Notes: generated from the letters alone by a model not told the origin. A DNA stretch of 33,969 bases from Octopus bimaculoides (GCF_001194135.2 NC_068987.1:39636415-39670383), one strand, 5' to 3'. Shown: positions 10,712 through 22,285, numbered from the stretch's first letter. Translations and numbers: made by a program.

Positions 10712-11033
10712 NNNNNNNNNNNNNNNNNNNNNNNNNNNNNNNNNNNNNNNNNNNNNNNNNNNNNNNNNNNNNNNNNNNNNNNNNNNNNNNNNNNNNNNNN
10801 NNNNNNNNNNNNNNNNNNNNNNNNNNNNNNNNNNNNNNNNNNNNNNNNNNNNNNNNNNNNNNNNNNNNNNNNNNNNNNNNNNNNNNNNNNNNNNNNNNNN
10901 NNNNNNNNNNNNNNNNNNNNNNNNNNNNNNNNNNNNNNNNNNNNNNNNNNNNNNNNNNNNNNNNNNNNNNNNNNNNNNNNNNNNNNNNNNNNNNNNNNNN
11001 NNNNNNNNNNNNNNNNNNNNNNNNNNNNNNNNN

Positions 11034-11063
<30 letters not shown>

Positions 11064-11064
<1 letters not shown>

Positions 11065-11207
11065 TCTTTTATTAGTTTCAGTCATTTGACTGTGGCCATG
11101 CTGAAGCACTGCCTTTAGTAAAGCAAATCGGCCCCGGGACTTATTCTCTCTAAGCCTAGTACTTATTCTATCGGTGTCTTTTGCCGAACCACTACATTAC
11201 AGGGATG
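11064..11207 (-). mobile_element. SINE 3' body fragment
   Basis: The minus strand has GGTTCGGCAAAAGACACCGATAGAATAAGTACTAGGC...GCATGGCCACAGTCAAATGACTGAAAC. The CGATAGAATAAGTAC core resembles the GATAAATTAAGTACC core of the family-B SINEs in this window. Confidence 0.6.
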
Positions 11208-12112
11208 AAGTGGTTAACTGTGTCATTGTTGTAGGAGACAGGTGAAAAAAAAGTAGAACAATTTTGCACACACACACACTTGTCTATGTATGTACATATA
11301 TGTATACTCACACGCATGTGGAAAAACACAAATGTATATGTGTATATACAAGAGTTAAGGAATGGTTACATATGTTTCATAGTGAGTGGAACCTTGGAAA
11401 TGGTAAATATCCAAGCAAGGTGTACACTGCAGGTTACTCTTCAGGCCACAGGTATCTTGACTAAATGAAAGTTTACATTGTTGCAAAGAGGTACATGTTA
11501 ACACTTGGAAGATTCAATCAAAATGTGTGGAGAGCACAGAAGGGGCTGAGAATATAAATGTAAAGAGAAATTAAGAAAAGCAAAAGGAAAAAAGAAAAAA
11601 AACATAAGGGAGTGAGAAGAATGAGGAATTTAAGCCAGGTAATTTTACCAATGGTATTCAATAGGGCTATTTTGACCAAATCACAGAAATAGCAAGGGGA
11701 GTGGTATTTGAAAAACAGATAATGTGGAGGGAAGAGGGTGGGGAAATATTTTTGGTCAAGGAGGAGGAAAAAGAAAGCAAGAAAGAATGGAGAAGAATCG
11801 TAGTGGCTACTACTAGCTTTCAGTTAAGGAATGCATATTGTGTGCAGTGAATGTGGTTACAGTATGAAGTAGTCAAGGTGTATGTTGTATGTACTCATAA
11901 GTTTACAAAGGGGGTTAGGAGGGGGAGGTAGGTGAAATAAGAGAAAATGTTTTTTATAAATGGTAAGGAATGATACAGAGAGAAGTATGTAAATGACAAT
12001 AAGTAATTAAAGGAAGATATATTGTTGGTTTAATATATAGTGGTAGTGAGGGTAAATAATAGGGAAAATTTATGAAGGTGAGGGGAAAAAGAAGTATGTG
12101 GGGTTGTTATTT

Positions 12113-14777
12113 TTATTTTGAGAATAGATTTAATGATTGATGTTTGCAAGGAAAAACTATACTGCTGTGATCTTTAAGGCAATCCGTGAATTGCAAAATA
12201 GCTAAGACCTCAGCTATGCAGAGATCACTTTGATAAGGAAGGAAGGAAGATATATGACTACCATAGTGATTCTTGAAATCTCCTTCACAAAGTCCGATAT
12301 AGCTCTTCTTATCAGTTGTGTTATCATCTAGTGTTGCAGTAACTTCTGCCGCATATATAACAGATTTAATCATACATCGCCAGTTGAGTGGACAGGTTCC
12401 TGGGTCTTGACAGTTACAACTGGTAGTAGGTTCTTGGTGTTGGTCTTCTGTAATGATGCTCTTTATATTAGGGCAGCAGCTATATGTTAATTTCACAGAT
12501 TGCCTGTTTAAAATTTTCCTGTTCCTGTGATTTTCCGGAAAATGATTGTCTGAGAGATAGGAATCTTTTACTTACGTTAATTTTTATCTTAAGGGAAAAG
12601 GGAGGGGTGAACCAAATAATTTTCCTAGGTCTATTATTATTATTCTGATTAAAATTTGAGGAGGTATATATTAATTTATCTTTAAAATCACTCTTGGTTT
12701 GGGTATTGTTATTGTAGGGGGCTGCTTTCTCAAAAAATTCTTTAAAGGAAGAGAGGTTAAAAATCTATGTTACTAACATTAGTTATCAGGTTTTTAAATA
12801 TTACAGGAGGTGACAAGACAAGTTTCTTGTTAGGCTTATGGTAAAGTTTATAAGAGGAGTTCAGGTCTAGGGAAACATCTAAAAACATCAACTTTAGACA
12901 GTGATTTTAAGGCCTAATTGATTGAAGGTAAGTTGTTTCCTAAATTTATCAAGAGTGTGACAATCACAGTTATGGGAAATACCCAAACCGTCATCTGGTA
13001 TAGACGAATGTCATGAGATGAGTACTTAGATCTCAATGTGTTTAATACAAAGAGACCCACAAGATTGCAGACATCAGCAATATTGTATGGCCCCGGGGAT
13101 ACATCAAATAATTCATCATTACCCATCTTTTTAACCCATGCTGAACCCTTACTAAACAGAAGTGTTTTCCTCTCATGCCTGTTAAAAGTCCAGGTATATA
13201 TCAACATATGATTTAGCAAACTCAGTGGCTTAATCAAGCAGCAATCTAGATATGGAAGGATAAAAATCTATAATGCCAAACTGAGTGAATCTAGCCTTTT
13301 TCTTATTCTTAATGTTCTTGAACCAATCTATTACAGTAAAACTATTATTCCATTGTAGAAGCTTAGTGGTATTTCTAGATGCTCAGGAGCAATAAACATT
13401 GAAAATCAGCAGAAAACAACCTTTGCCACATTCCAGGGAGAAAAACTAGAAGCAGTTGATAGCTTCCGTTATCTAGGTGACCAAGTTAGTAGCTGGGGAG
13501 GGTGCGCTGAAAGTGTAGCTGCTAGAATAAGAATAGTCTGGGCAAAGTTCAGAGAGCTCTTACTTCTGCTGGTGACAAGGGCCTCTCACTTAGAGTAAAA
13601 GGCAGACTGTATGATGCATGTGTACGAACAGCCATGCTACATGGCAGTTAAACATGGGCCGTGACTGCTGAGGACATGCATAAGCTCGCAAGAGACGAAG
13701 CCAGTATGCTCCGATGGATGTGTAATGTCATTGTGCATACTCGACAGAGTGTAAGTACCTTGCCAACAGCACCGTCCAAGCGTAATCCTTGCCAGAGCAG
13801 CTGTCTGGCTTCTGCACCAGTGGCATGTAAATAGCACCATTTGAGCGTGATTGTTACCAGCATCGCATTACTGGCACGTGAAAAAACATTCAAGCGAGGT
13901 TGTTGCCAGTGCTGCTCGACTGGCTCCTGTGCAGGTGGCACGTAAAAAATACCATTTTGAGTATGGCCGTTGCCAGTACCTCCTGACTGGCCCTCGTGCC
14001 GGTGGCACGTAAAAGCACCCACTACACTCTTGGAGTGTTGACGCTAGGAAGGGCATCCAGCTCTAGAAACTCTGTCAGATCAGATTAGAGCCTGGTGCAA
14101 CCATCTGGTTCACCAGTCCTCAGTCAAATCGTCTAACCCATGCTACCATGGAAAGCGGACGTTAAATGATGATGATGGTGATGATAATGTCTCTTAGTAT
14201 TTTTTTTTAACTACTAGCCCAATTTCAAAGTGGGGTTATTATGAAAATTAAGTTTATAATCCTTTTAAATAATAAAAGCTCCCCTTTTAGCTAAGCATAT
14301 TAATCTAGCGTCAATTTAACTATGTTTGGCAAGGAATTTAATCTCATTGTTATATCTCTATATGCTAGCTTTCTTATATTTAGTGGAAATGGTATCGTTT
14401 AGCAACTTATTATATAAATCATTAGGAACTTCATATAGGTTGTTGGTCTTAGAAAATACAAACTTCTTTTTAGAACTTCTAAAGTTTTTAATATCAGATT
14501 TCATTTTAGTTAGAAAGGAGTTATGGTACTTATGGAATCTAATATTGGTAACTAAATCAAGGAGGTCTTTCTCAAAAGGGACTAAGTCTTTAACTGTTGG
14601 GGGGTATTGATGTGTCTTTAAATTATAATGTTCCAGATAAGGAGTATAAAAAAATAAAGCTTTCTATCTCATCTATTTCATGAGATCTTCAACTTCCTCA
14701 AAGATTATCCTGAGATATACTTTATTCGGTGGTGTAGGTATGTTTTTAGCAGAGTAATCCATATGGTATAAATCCAT
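12113..14777 (-). mobile_element. Penelope-like element (PLE): near-complete decayed RT + GIY-YIG ORF, interrupted by an RTE
   Basis: The N-terminus from ATG 14777 reads DYSAKNIPTPPNKVYL..MR*KAFIF. Further on are PPTVKDLVPFEKDLLDLV and the RT motifs QWNNSFTVIDWFKNI...QFGIIDFYPSI and FDVSPGPYNIADVCNLVGLFVL...LYQ.D. The C-terminus reads YSCCPNIKSII..CNC..CPLNWRC.IKSVIYAAEV...KSYIGLCEGDFKNHYGSHISSF (GIY-YIG). Confidence 0.92.
13377..14185 (+). mobile_element. RTE LINE fragment nested in the PLE (ORF2 C-terminal part + internally deleted 3' UTR)
   Basis: Encodes FQGEKLEAVDSFRYLGDQVSS...WAKFRELL...GRLYDACVRTAMLHGS. It jumps at ~13760 into the 3' UTR repeats and ends in a (GAT)n tail. Confidence 0.92.
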
Positions 14778-14885
14778 AATAGTGTGTAAATTGGTAAAAT
14801 CTTTAGTCACTCAACTCAGTGAAGCAATCATGCCAATCATATAAAAGTTATGACTTTGCAATAGAAAGCCAAGTGTGGAAGTATA

Positions 14886-15093
14886 TAGTGTACTGTTCTG
14901 TGATGGTAAGATCAACAAAAAATGTACCCCATCTGGTGAAGTTATAAAACAATGTTTGGCCTGTTCTCAGCATATGAAACTAATAGTAGCACATAAAAAC
15001 ATATATACATACATTGCATTTATTAGATAATATTTTTCTCTCACCCGGAGTACTTTTTTTTTGTTGGTCTTACCATCATGGAACAGTACACAA
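14886..15093. mobile_element. MITE, ~208 bp, ~50-bp TIRs, TA flanks (Tc1/mariner-type)
   Basis: Left TIR GTGTACTGTTCTGTGATGGTAAGATCAACAAAAAATGTACCCCATCTGGTGA matches the reverse complement of 15041-15093, GTGTACTGTTCCATGATGGTAAGACCAACAAAAAAAAAGTACTCCGGGTGA. TA occurs on both sides. Confidence 0.8.
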
Positions 15094-15178
15094 TACTACA
15101 ATATATATATATATATATNNNNNNNNNNGAGTACTTTTTTTTTGTTGGTCTTACCATCATGGAACAGTACACAATACT

Positions 15179-15241
<63 letters not shown>

Positions 15242-15998
15242 AATGATGAAAATAAACATAAAACTGCTTGGGCTAGATATACAATGTATACATACATATA
15301 AATGGAGAGAAAACAAAGACTGAAAATATTCAGACAATGAACATTCATGTATAAATAGATGCTTATATATTAACAGAACAAATTTACACAGTACAAAGAC
15401 ACAGAAAATTAAGAGTAGAAGCTATGGTGTTAAAGATATGATAGCTATTTCTAGGACTTGGAATCATTTCATAATGTTGACAGGTGTAGCTTGCAAAAAA
15501 AAGTCAACCAGTAGTGGAAGCATATGAACATTAGGTAGATCTAGCCTCTGTGTTTAAGGTAGAGAAACAGGAGGAGGAGAATGACAAGAATAAGAAGTGG
15601 GAGAAGAAGGAAGAGTGATAATAAAAACAATAACAGCAATGACTGTGACAATAACAATAATGAGAAGAAAATAATAATAACAATACCACTATTATTATTA
15701 ATAATAATACTAATATTAAAAATGATAATAATAATAACAATAGTATAAAATAATAATAATAGTACTATTGAAAACCATTACAGAAGAAGCAGTTGGAACA
15801 TGAACAACATTGATGATGATCATGATTAAAGTAAGATAGCATTGTGGGTGGCAGGGGAAGTTTGACATAGTAAATGAAATTAGGAGTAAAAGTATTATAA
15901 GTAAAGAGTAAATACTTAATACTTGGTTAGTTATAAAGATATTAGAAATCACTGTAAAAAGAATGGCAGGAATGAGAAGTAGAGAGTAGATGCTTAAT

Positions 15999-16383
15999 GC
16001 TGTTGGCACTCCGCCGCTTACGACGGCAAGGGTTCCAATTGATCCAATCAATGGAACAGCCTGCTCGTGAAATTAACGTGCAAGTGGCTGAGCACTCCAC
16101 AGACATGTGTACCCTTAACGTAGTTCTCGGGGATATTCAGCGTGACACAGTGTGACAAGGCTGACCCTTTGAATTACAGGCACAACAGAAACAGGAAATA
16201 AGAGTGAGAGAAAGTTGTGGTGAAAGAGTACAGCAGGGTTCGCCACCATCCCCTGCCGGAGCCTCGTGGAGCTTTAGGTGTTTTTCACTCAATAAACACT
16301 CACAACGCCCGGTCTGGGAATTGAAACTGCGATCCTATGACTGCAAATCCGCTGCCCTAACCACTGGGCCATTGCGCCTCCAC
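15999..16383 (-). mobile_element. tRNA-derived SINE, family C, full length with 11-bp TSD
   Basis: TSD AGATGCTTAAT at 15988-15998 and 16384-16394. The minus-strand head has A-box TGGCCCAGTGG and B-box-like GTTTCAATTCC. Confidence 0.9.
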
Positions 16384-16799
16384 AGATGCTTAATATGTAG
16401 CTAGTTGATTACAGGAGTATATATTAGAAATTCCTGAAGTGTGTGTGTGTGTGTGTGTGCGTGCGTGCGTGTTGAACAGCTGCAGATTCTTGAAATCCAA
16501 GCTGATGCAGTGCTGGGTCATTATTCAAGATGGAGAACACCAGGTTAATAATGATAAAGTTATTTTACAATATAATTTCTATTATTTTCAAAATTAGCTG
16601 GAACAAAAATATGGTAACAAAAGGGCTGGATTAATTACTTAAAGATATAACAAATCTCACTTTTTCTCTCTCTTTCTGATCTGTTTCTTCATCTAAGTAA
16701 AAGATTGATAAAATCTTGTCAAGCAACAAGAAAAAAATCAAATAAATGTATGTGGGGGAAATAAACATCAGAAATGCTTTGTCCCATGCAGAAACTGCA

Positions 16800-18060
16800 G
16801 GGGCTACTCAGAGGTTTGCAAACTCTTCTAAAGCCATTGCAATGCTGGAAACCCATCTGTGTTGTCAGCAGATATTTCAGGGTCACAAGAGTTTTGCCCC
16901 TCAGTCTGTATGCTTTACCTGAATGTAGCAGTAAGAATTGAACTAGTCTTCAGCTACAGAAGGGTTCCACTTGTGGTCTCTTAACCAGTCACCTTGAGCT
17001 AGTTTAACCAGAGTCACTTTGAGATAGTTTCAGAGTCACCTTGAGATAGTTTCTTGATGGCTTTCTTCAGATGTCTGGGTCCCAGACCTATTTTCTGCAG
17101 GAAACAACACACTGATCTAGCTGAAAAACTGAAGCAACTGACTTCAATGGGGAATGAGGCCTCTGCCCATCCCTTGATAAGATCCTCATTGATTAAGTCT
17201 TAGTATTTCGATTTCTTTACCTGGCAGGAAATTTTGAGTCTGTCCTCCCAGAGCACTGTGAGTTCATCCATGATGATTGTTTTTGCATTCTTGGAGAGTA
17301 GAAACATGTCCACTTGAAGAAACATATCCCGCGTTCACCCCATGATCCTCCACTGTTGAATCTCTCTCTTGTTCCTGGTATTGGTGTTTTCCCACCTCTT
17401 GATGCGGTAGTTGCCAATCCCTAGCTGTCCTTGACAGACTACCCCAACAATCATCTGGTGCTTCCAGTATGTCTCTGCTTCTTTCACAGCTTCCTGAGGT
17501 TTCCATTTTCTGCTACACTTTATGGTCTTATTGGTGTGTCTGACTTTCTCATTGTCAGACAGAAGCAACGCAGTGACTGATCTTGCCTTTGTAGCTTTAA
17601 ATTCTGCCTCCACTACTGAAATTTGTAGCTGGAGCTTAGATGATATTTAAACTCTGAAATTTTGCTGGGTTGAACTTCAAGAGTGACTATGTGGCAATCT
17701 TTTCCAGTGAGCTTAATGTCCACTGTGCCCCTCTGATTGATTGTGTCATAACTGCTATGTCATCTATGAATGACCGGCAAACTAAATTTCCTGTGTTTTC
17801 ATCAGTTTTGGGACCTTCCCTGCTACCTCTAGTAGTAGGTTTATGGTTGTCACAAACTGCACCACAGAAATTGTGCACCCTACCATAATGCCTTTTTCCA
17901 ACCCCTGCTGTTTAGTGGTGAAATTACCTACAGTGAACTTCATCTTCAACAAACCCACATGGGACATTATCAGCCTGATTACTTGTGTTGGTACTCAAAT
18001 GAACTTTGAAGTAGCTGATGAGGCACACATGGTTACACTTTAGCATGATCCAACCTTACA
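16800..18060 (-). mobile_element. R2-superfamily (Hero-like) non-LTR retrotransposon fragment with internal deletions
   Basis: RT motifs: LD.AK...VPHQL, KMKFTVGNFTTK..LEKGIMVGCTISVV.F and CRSFIDDIAV. The downstream block EFKATKARS...RKWKPQEAVKEAE...IVGVVCQGQLGIG and a REL-nuclease remnant (GW.....PIEV..F) match the Hero-clade pattern as I recall it. Confidence 0.7.
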
Positions 18061-18540
18061 ACAGAAATTTGTAATACATAATCTATACATATAAAATATA
18101 AAATAAAAGGGAAGGAGAAATCTCAATGACAAAAAGTTGAGTTTACAGAAAATGTACAGTCTAAGTTAAGAGCAAACCATTGTTATATGTCAATGTCTTG
18201 TTTCTCTTTGAAAACAAACTCCAGCAATTCAGACATAACTCTCTCTCCTGCTCTCAATGTTTCTCACACAAACAGATTCATAATTATGTCTAATGAAACT
18301 CTTAGAAGGACAAATGAAAAGGTTATTGATTTTCAGAAAAATTTTGCTTTGGAGAATCTAAATATGAAAATAATACTTGCCAAACATCACAAAAAGCTAT
18401 AATGATAACAATATTACTAATTGCAACATTTTCAGATTGGTAAAATACCATCAAATTACTCTATGAGAGAGATATTTTTGTTGTTAAGATCTGTTTAAGT
18501 AGCAAATTAAAATGCTAACCAAAAGTGATATTTGATGCAA

Positions 18541-19011
18541 CCCTAGTACTTTACCTTACTGGGTCTGGAATGATGAATGGCAAAGTTGACCTTAGTATGA
18601 TTTGATACCAGAGAGCTGGAACTAATATTACTCTAAGGATTCTGTCAAGCCATCACCCTCTTAATAATAATAATCCTTTCTACTATACATACATGGCCTG
18701 TAATTTTAGGAGAGGGTCTAGTTGATTATATCAACCCCAGTATGTAACTGGTGCTTATTTCATTGGTCCTGAAAGGATGAAAGGCAAAGTTGACTTCTGC
18801 GGAAATGCTGCGAGCACAAGGCCTGAAATTGGTGGGAGGGGAATAGTCGATTACATCAACCTCAGTTTTTCACTTGTACTTAATTTATCGACCCTTGAAA
18901 GGATAAAAGACAAAGTTGAACACAGAAGAATTTGAACTCAAAACGTAGTGGCAGATGAAATACCACTAAGTATTTCACCCACCGTGCTAATGGTTCTGCC
19001 AGCTCACTGCC

Positions 19012-19064
<53 letters not shown>

Positions 19065-19280
19065 TCTTTCTGCAATAGGCAGAAGGCCTGAAATTTTGGG
19101 GGAGGGGACTAGTTGATTACATCAACCCCAGTGCTTCACTGGTACTTAATTTATCAACCTCAAAAGGCTAAAAGGCAAAATTGACCTTGGTGGAATTTGA
19201 ACTCAGAATGTAGAGACATATGAAATGCTGTTAAGCATTTTGCCTGGCATGCTAACAATTCTACCAGCTTGCCGCCTTAA
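18541..19280 (-). mobile_element. Stack of four head-to-tail tRNA-SINE family B copies (18541-18664, 18674-18806, 18812-19015, 19064-19280)
   Basis: Each is the reverse complement of the plus-strand copy at 23895-24108, sharing GGCAAAGTTGAC, GAATTTGAACTCAG and a GCCTTAA head. They are separated by (AAT)n except at the 18806/18812 junction. Confidence 0.85.
19013..19063. repeat. (AAT)n microsatellite between SINE copies
   Basis: About 17 AAT units. Confidence 0.95.
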
Positions 19281-19290
19281 TAATAACAAT

Positions 19291-19810
19291 GCTCTGATGC
19301 AGTACCAGGCAGTGGCTCTCATGGCTTCTGATCTTAACTGATTAGAAGTGCTCTCATGTACATTGTATTGTCTTGGTATAAAAGATGGGCTACAGCAAAT
19401 ATTCTGCTCAATACCACAGATTTACTTGTTAGTTGTTTAACCTTAACCAGTTGAGCATGTCCTTTAGTGGCTGACGATATGTGCAGTGGAGGAGCATCAC
19501 AGTCATGTGTTGAAAGGAATTCTTTGGTGTTTGGATAATTCACCTTAGGAAACAAGGTGTTTCATTCAATATCCTTAAACAACCCTTATTCAGGGATCTT
19601 TGAGTGAGATGGGCTACTCAACTTACAGAAAATTCTAACTGGGCTCCACCAGCAATGTCATGTGCTGTTTATCTTGATATGATATCACCATGTTGTGTAC
19701 ATATAGTTGTGATGCATGTGCCTGGTGTACTCTTATCAGACAGGTAATCATGATGGGTATACTGGGCTTCATATATCTTATCCCAGTGTCACTTTGATGG
19801 TATGCACTCA
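19291..19810. mobile_element. ~520-bp non-coding interspersed repeat bounded by (AAT/AAC)n
   Basis: 19291-19615 is colinear with 20941-21282 (GCTCTGATGCAGTACCAGGCAGTGGCTCTCATGG...). Both copies start immediately after an AAT tract. There is no ORF and no Pol III box that I can see. Confidence 0.7.
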
Positions 19811-19831
19811 ATATCAACAACAACAACAATA

Positions 19832-20890
19832 ATCATCATCATCATCGTTTAACGTCCGCTTTCCATGCTAGCATGGGTTGGACGATTTGACTGAGGACTG
19901 GTGAAACCGGATGGCAACACCAGGCTCCAGTCTGATTTGGCAGAGTTTCTACAGCTGGATGCCCTTCCTAACGCCAACCACTCAGAGAGTGTAGTGGGTG
20001 CTTTTACGTGTCACCCGCACGAAAACGGCCACGCTCGAAATGGTGTCTTTTATGTGCCACCNNNNNNNNNNNNNNNNNNNNNNNNNNNNNNNNNNNNNNN
20101 NNNNNNNNNNNNNNNNNNNNNNNNNNNNNNNNNNNNNNNNNNNNNNNNNNNNNNNNNNNNNNNNNNNNNNNNNNNNNNNNNNNNNNNNNNNNNNNNNNNN
20201 NNNNNNNNNNNNNNNNNNNNNNNNNNNNNNNNNNNNNNNNNNNNNNNNNNNNNNNNNNNNNNNNNNNNNNNNNNNNNNNNNNNNNNNNNNNNNNNNNNNN
20301 NNNNNNNNNNNNNNNNNNNNNNNNNNNNNNNNNNNNNNNNNNNNNNNNNNNNNNNNNNNNNNNNNNNNNNNNNNNNNNNNNNNNNNNNNNNNNNNNNNNN
20401 NNNNNNNNNNNNNNNNNNNNNNNNNNNNNNNNNNNNNNNNNNNNNNNNNNNNNNNNNNNNNNNNNNNNNNNNNNNNNNNNNNNNNNNNNNNNNNNNNNNN
20501 NNNNNNNNNNNNNNNNNNNNNNNNNNNNNNNNNNNNNNNNNNNNNNNNNNNNNNNNNNNNNNNNNNNNNNNNNNNNNNNNNNNNNNNNNNNNNNNNNNNN
20601 NNNNNNNNNNNNNNNNNNNNNNNNNNNNNNNNNNNNNNNNNNNNNNNNNNNNTGAGTGAGAGTCCCTTTGTCGCCAGCAGGGGTAAGAGCTCTCTAAACT
20701 TTGCCCAGGCTATTCTTATTCTAGCAGCTACACTTTCAGCGCACCCACCCCCACTACTAACTTGGTCGCCCAGATAGCGGAAGCTATCGACTACCTCTAG
20801 TTTTTCACCCTGGAATGAGATAGAAGTTGTTTCCTGTTTGTTTGCAGTCTTTATTGCACCTGAACATCTGCCACAAACAAAAACTAACTT
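19832..20890 (-). mobile_element. Young RTE LINE, 5'-truncated, spanning an N-gap
   Basis: The (CAT)n tail and 3' terminus precede the gap. After the gap the minus frame is stop-free: KLVFVCGRCSGAIKT...FQGEKLEVVDSFRYLGDQVSSGGGCAESVAARIRIAWAKFRELLPLLATKGLS. Confidence 0.9.
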
Positions 20891-20904
20891 GCTAGTTAAC
20901 CTGC

Positions 20905-20940
<36 letters not shown>

Positions 20941-20941
<1 letters not shown>

Positions 20942-21282
20942 CTCTGATGCAATACTAGGCAGTGGCTCTCATGGTTTCTGACCTTAACTGATTGGAAGTG
21001 TTATCGTGTACATGTTTTTGTCTTGGTGTAAAAGATGGGCTACATCAAATAGTCTGCTTAATACCACAGATTTATTTGTCAGTTGTTTGACCGTAACCAG
21101 TTAAGCATGTCTCTTGGTGGCTGATGATATGTACATCTTTGATCAAGAGCAAGAGTAGTGGGGGAGCATCATAGCCATATGTTGAGAAGGATTCTTTAGG
21201 GTTTGAATAATCACCTCTGAAAATGGGTGTTTTGTTCATCATTCTTAAACGGCTCTTATTCAGGGAACCTTTTGAGCAGAAT
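20941..21282. mobile_element. Second, truncated copy of the ~520-bp repeat
   Basis: Colinear with 19291-19615 and preceded by (AAT)n at 20905-20940. Confidence 0.7.
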
Positions 21283-21284
21283 GT

Positions 21285-21950
21285 TCATCTCCATTTTGGG
21301 GACTTAGAGAATTCTTGTTCTTTTCTTTATGCTGTATAATATGGCTGCCAACAGCAAACAGATGTCTACTTCTGGTGGCACGTTGGCTACCTCTATTTTG
21401 ACCACCTTCCAGCTGAGTTGTGTCAGATTTAACCATAATTCCTCACTTTTAAGGGTTATTGTCACACTTTCTTTGGCTAATTCTTCAGTTGGGAATCTTG
21501 CCTCAACTGTACCAAAACATTTCTCATGGACAACTTAATTTTTTAACCCTCAGACTGGTCTTAGGCACTTTTCAGTCTGGGCCTGTGTTGCTTGCTCCAG
21601 TCTCCAAGTCTTTATTGAGATACATCTGTATATAATTTTTTTTCTTAGAGTTTTCCTCTGTTTCCTCTGGCATGTTCAGGAAGACTGTTCTGTCATTTGT
21701 TGTTAAGGGTGCTTTGCCTTCACTTAATGTTTTTTCTACCAACTCAACATTTTCCATTTTATGACAAGCTTATATGAAGCCTTTTTCATTTTGCTGAGAA
21801 ATAAGAATGGCAACTGTTTTAGTGGTATTGCTTTTGTCGTTGTTGGTGTTGGGGACAGTGGTGATGTCCTTGTTTTTGTCATTTTTTATTTTATCCTACT
21901 CATCACTGCTGCTGCAACTCTCTGGGCTTTGTCTATTGACCACATCAACT
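21285..21950 (-). pseudogene. Possible LINE ORF1-like fragment
   Basis: Minus frame FGTVEARFPTEELAKESV...KVVKIEVANVPPEVD has the look of an RRM-type ORF1 domain. It is broken by stops and the assignment is tentative. Confidence 0.3.
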
Positions 21951-22231
21951 AGTGGTGGGAAAATAATATCATGACGGCTGTTCCAACAACCATTACTTCC
22001 CTTGATCTGGGAAGCTATATGTTTTTGTTTTGTAATACTAAATTTTCAATTCTAAATCTTAAAACTCACTTGTAAAGGGTGAATTCTGGCTAAACCAGCT
22101 TGCTTCACTTGCTGTGAGTTGGCTTATTTAGGAAACAGTTAAAAAAAATATTTGCAATACCAACTAATAAAACAACAAATTTTAAAGAAAACTTACAAGC
22201 CACAAACAAGTATCCACTCCTTCCAAACACA

Positions 22232-22285
<54 letters not shown>

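Noticed and set aside
11383-11451. Possible 69-nt exon (TTTCATAG|…CACAG|GTATCT; EWNLGNGKYPSKVYTAGYSSGH)
   Set aside because: The AG/GT pairing is expected by chance in 34 kb, and the peptide is unrecognised with no partner exons. It would need RNA-seq support.
11790-11835. Minus-strand TAACTGAAAG near the PLE 3' UTR as a second hammerhead
   Set aside because: The core is not CUGAnGA and no downstream stem II/GAAA is present.
15560-15990. Hydrophobic ORFs (LLLLIIIVV…) suggesting a membrane protein
   Set aside because: They are translations of degenerate (AAT/AAC/AAG)n low-complexity sequence.
16850-16960. Permuted hammerhead-like remnants in the Hero 3' UTR (minus-strand GGGGCAAAACTC…GCTGACAAC)
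   Set aside because: Both core motifs are broken and I could not build the stems.
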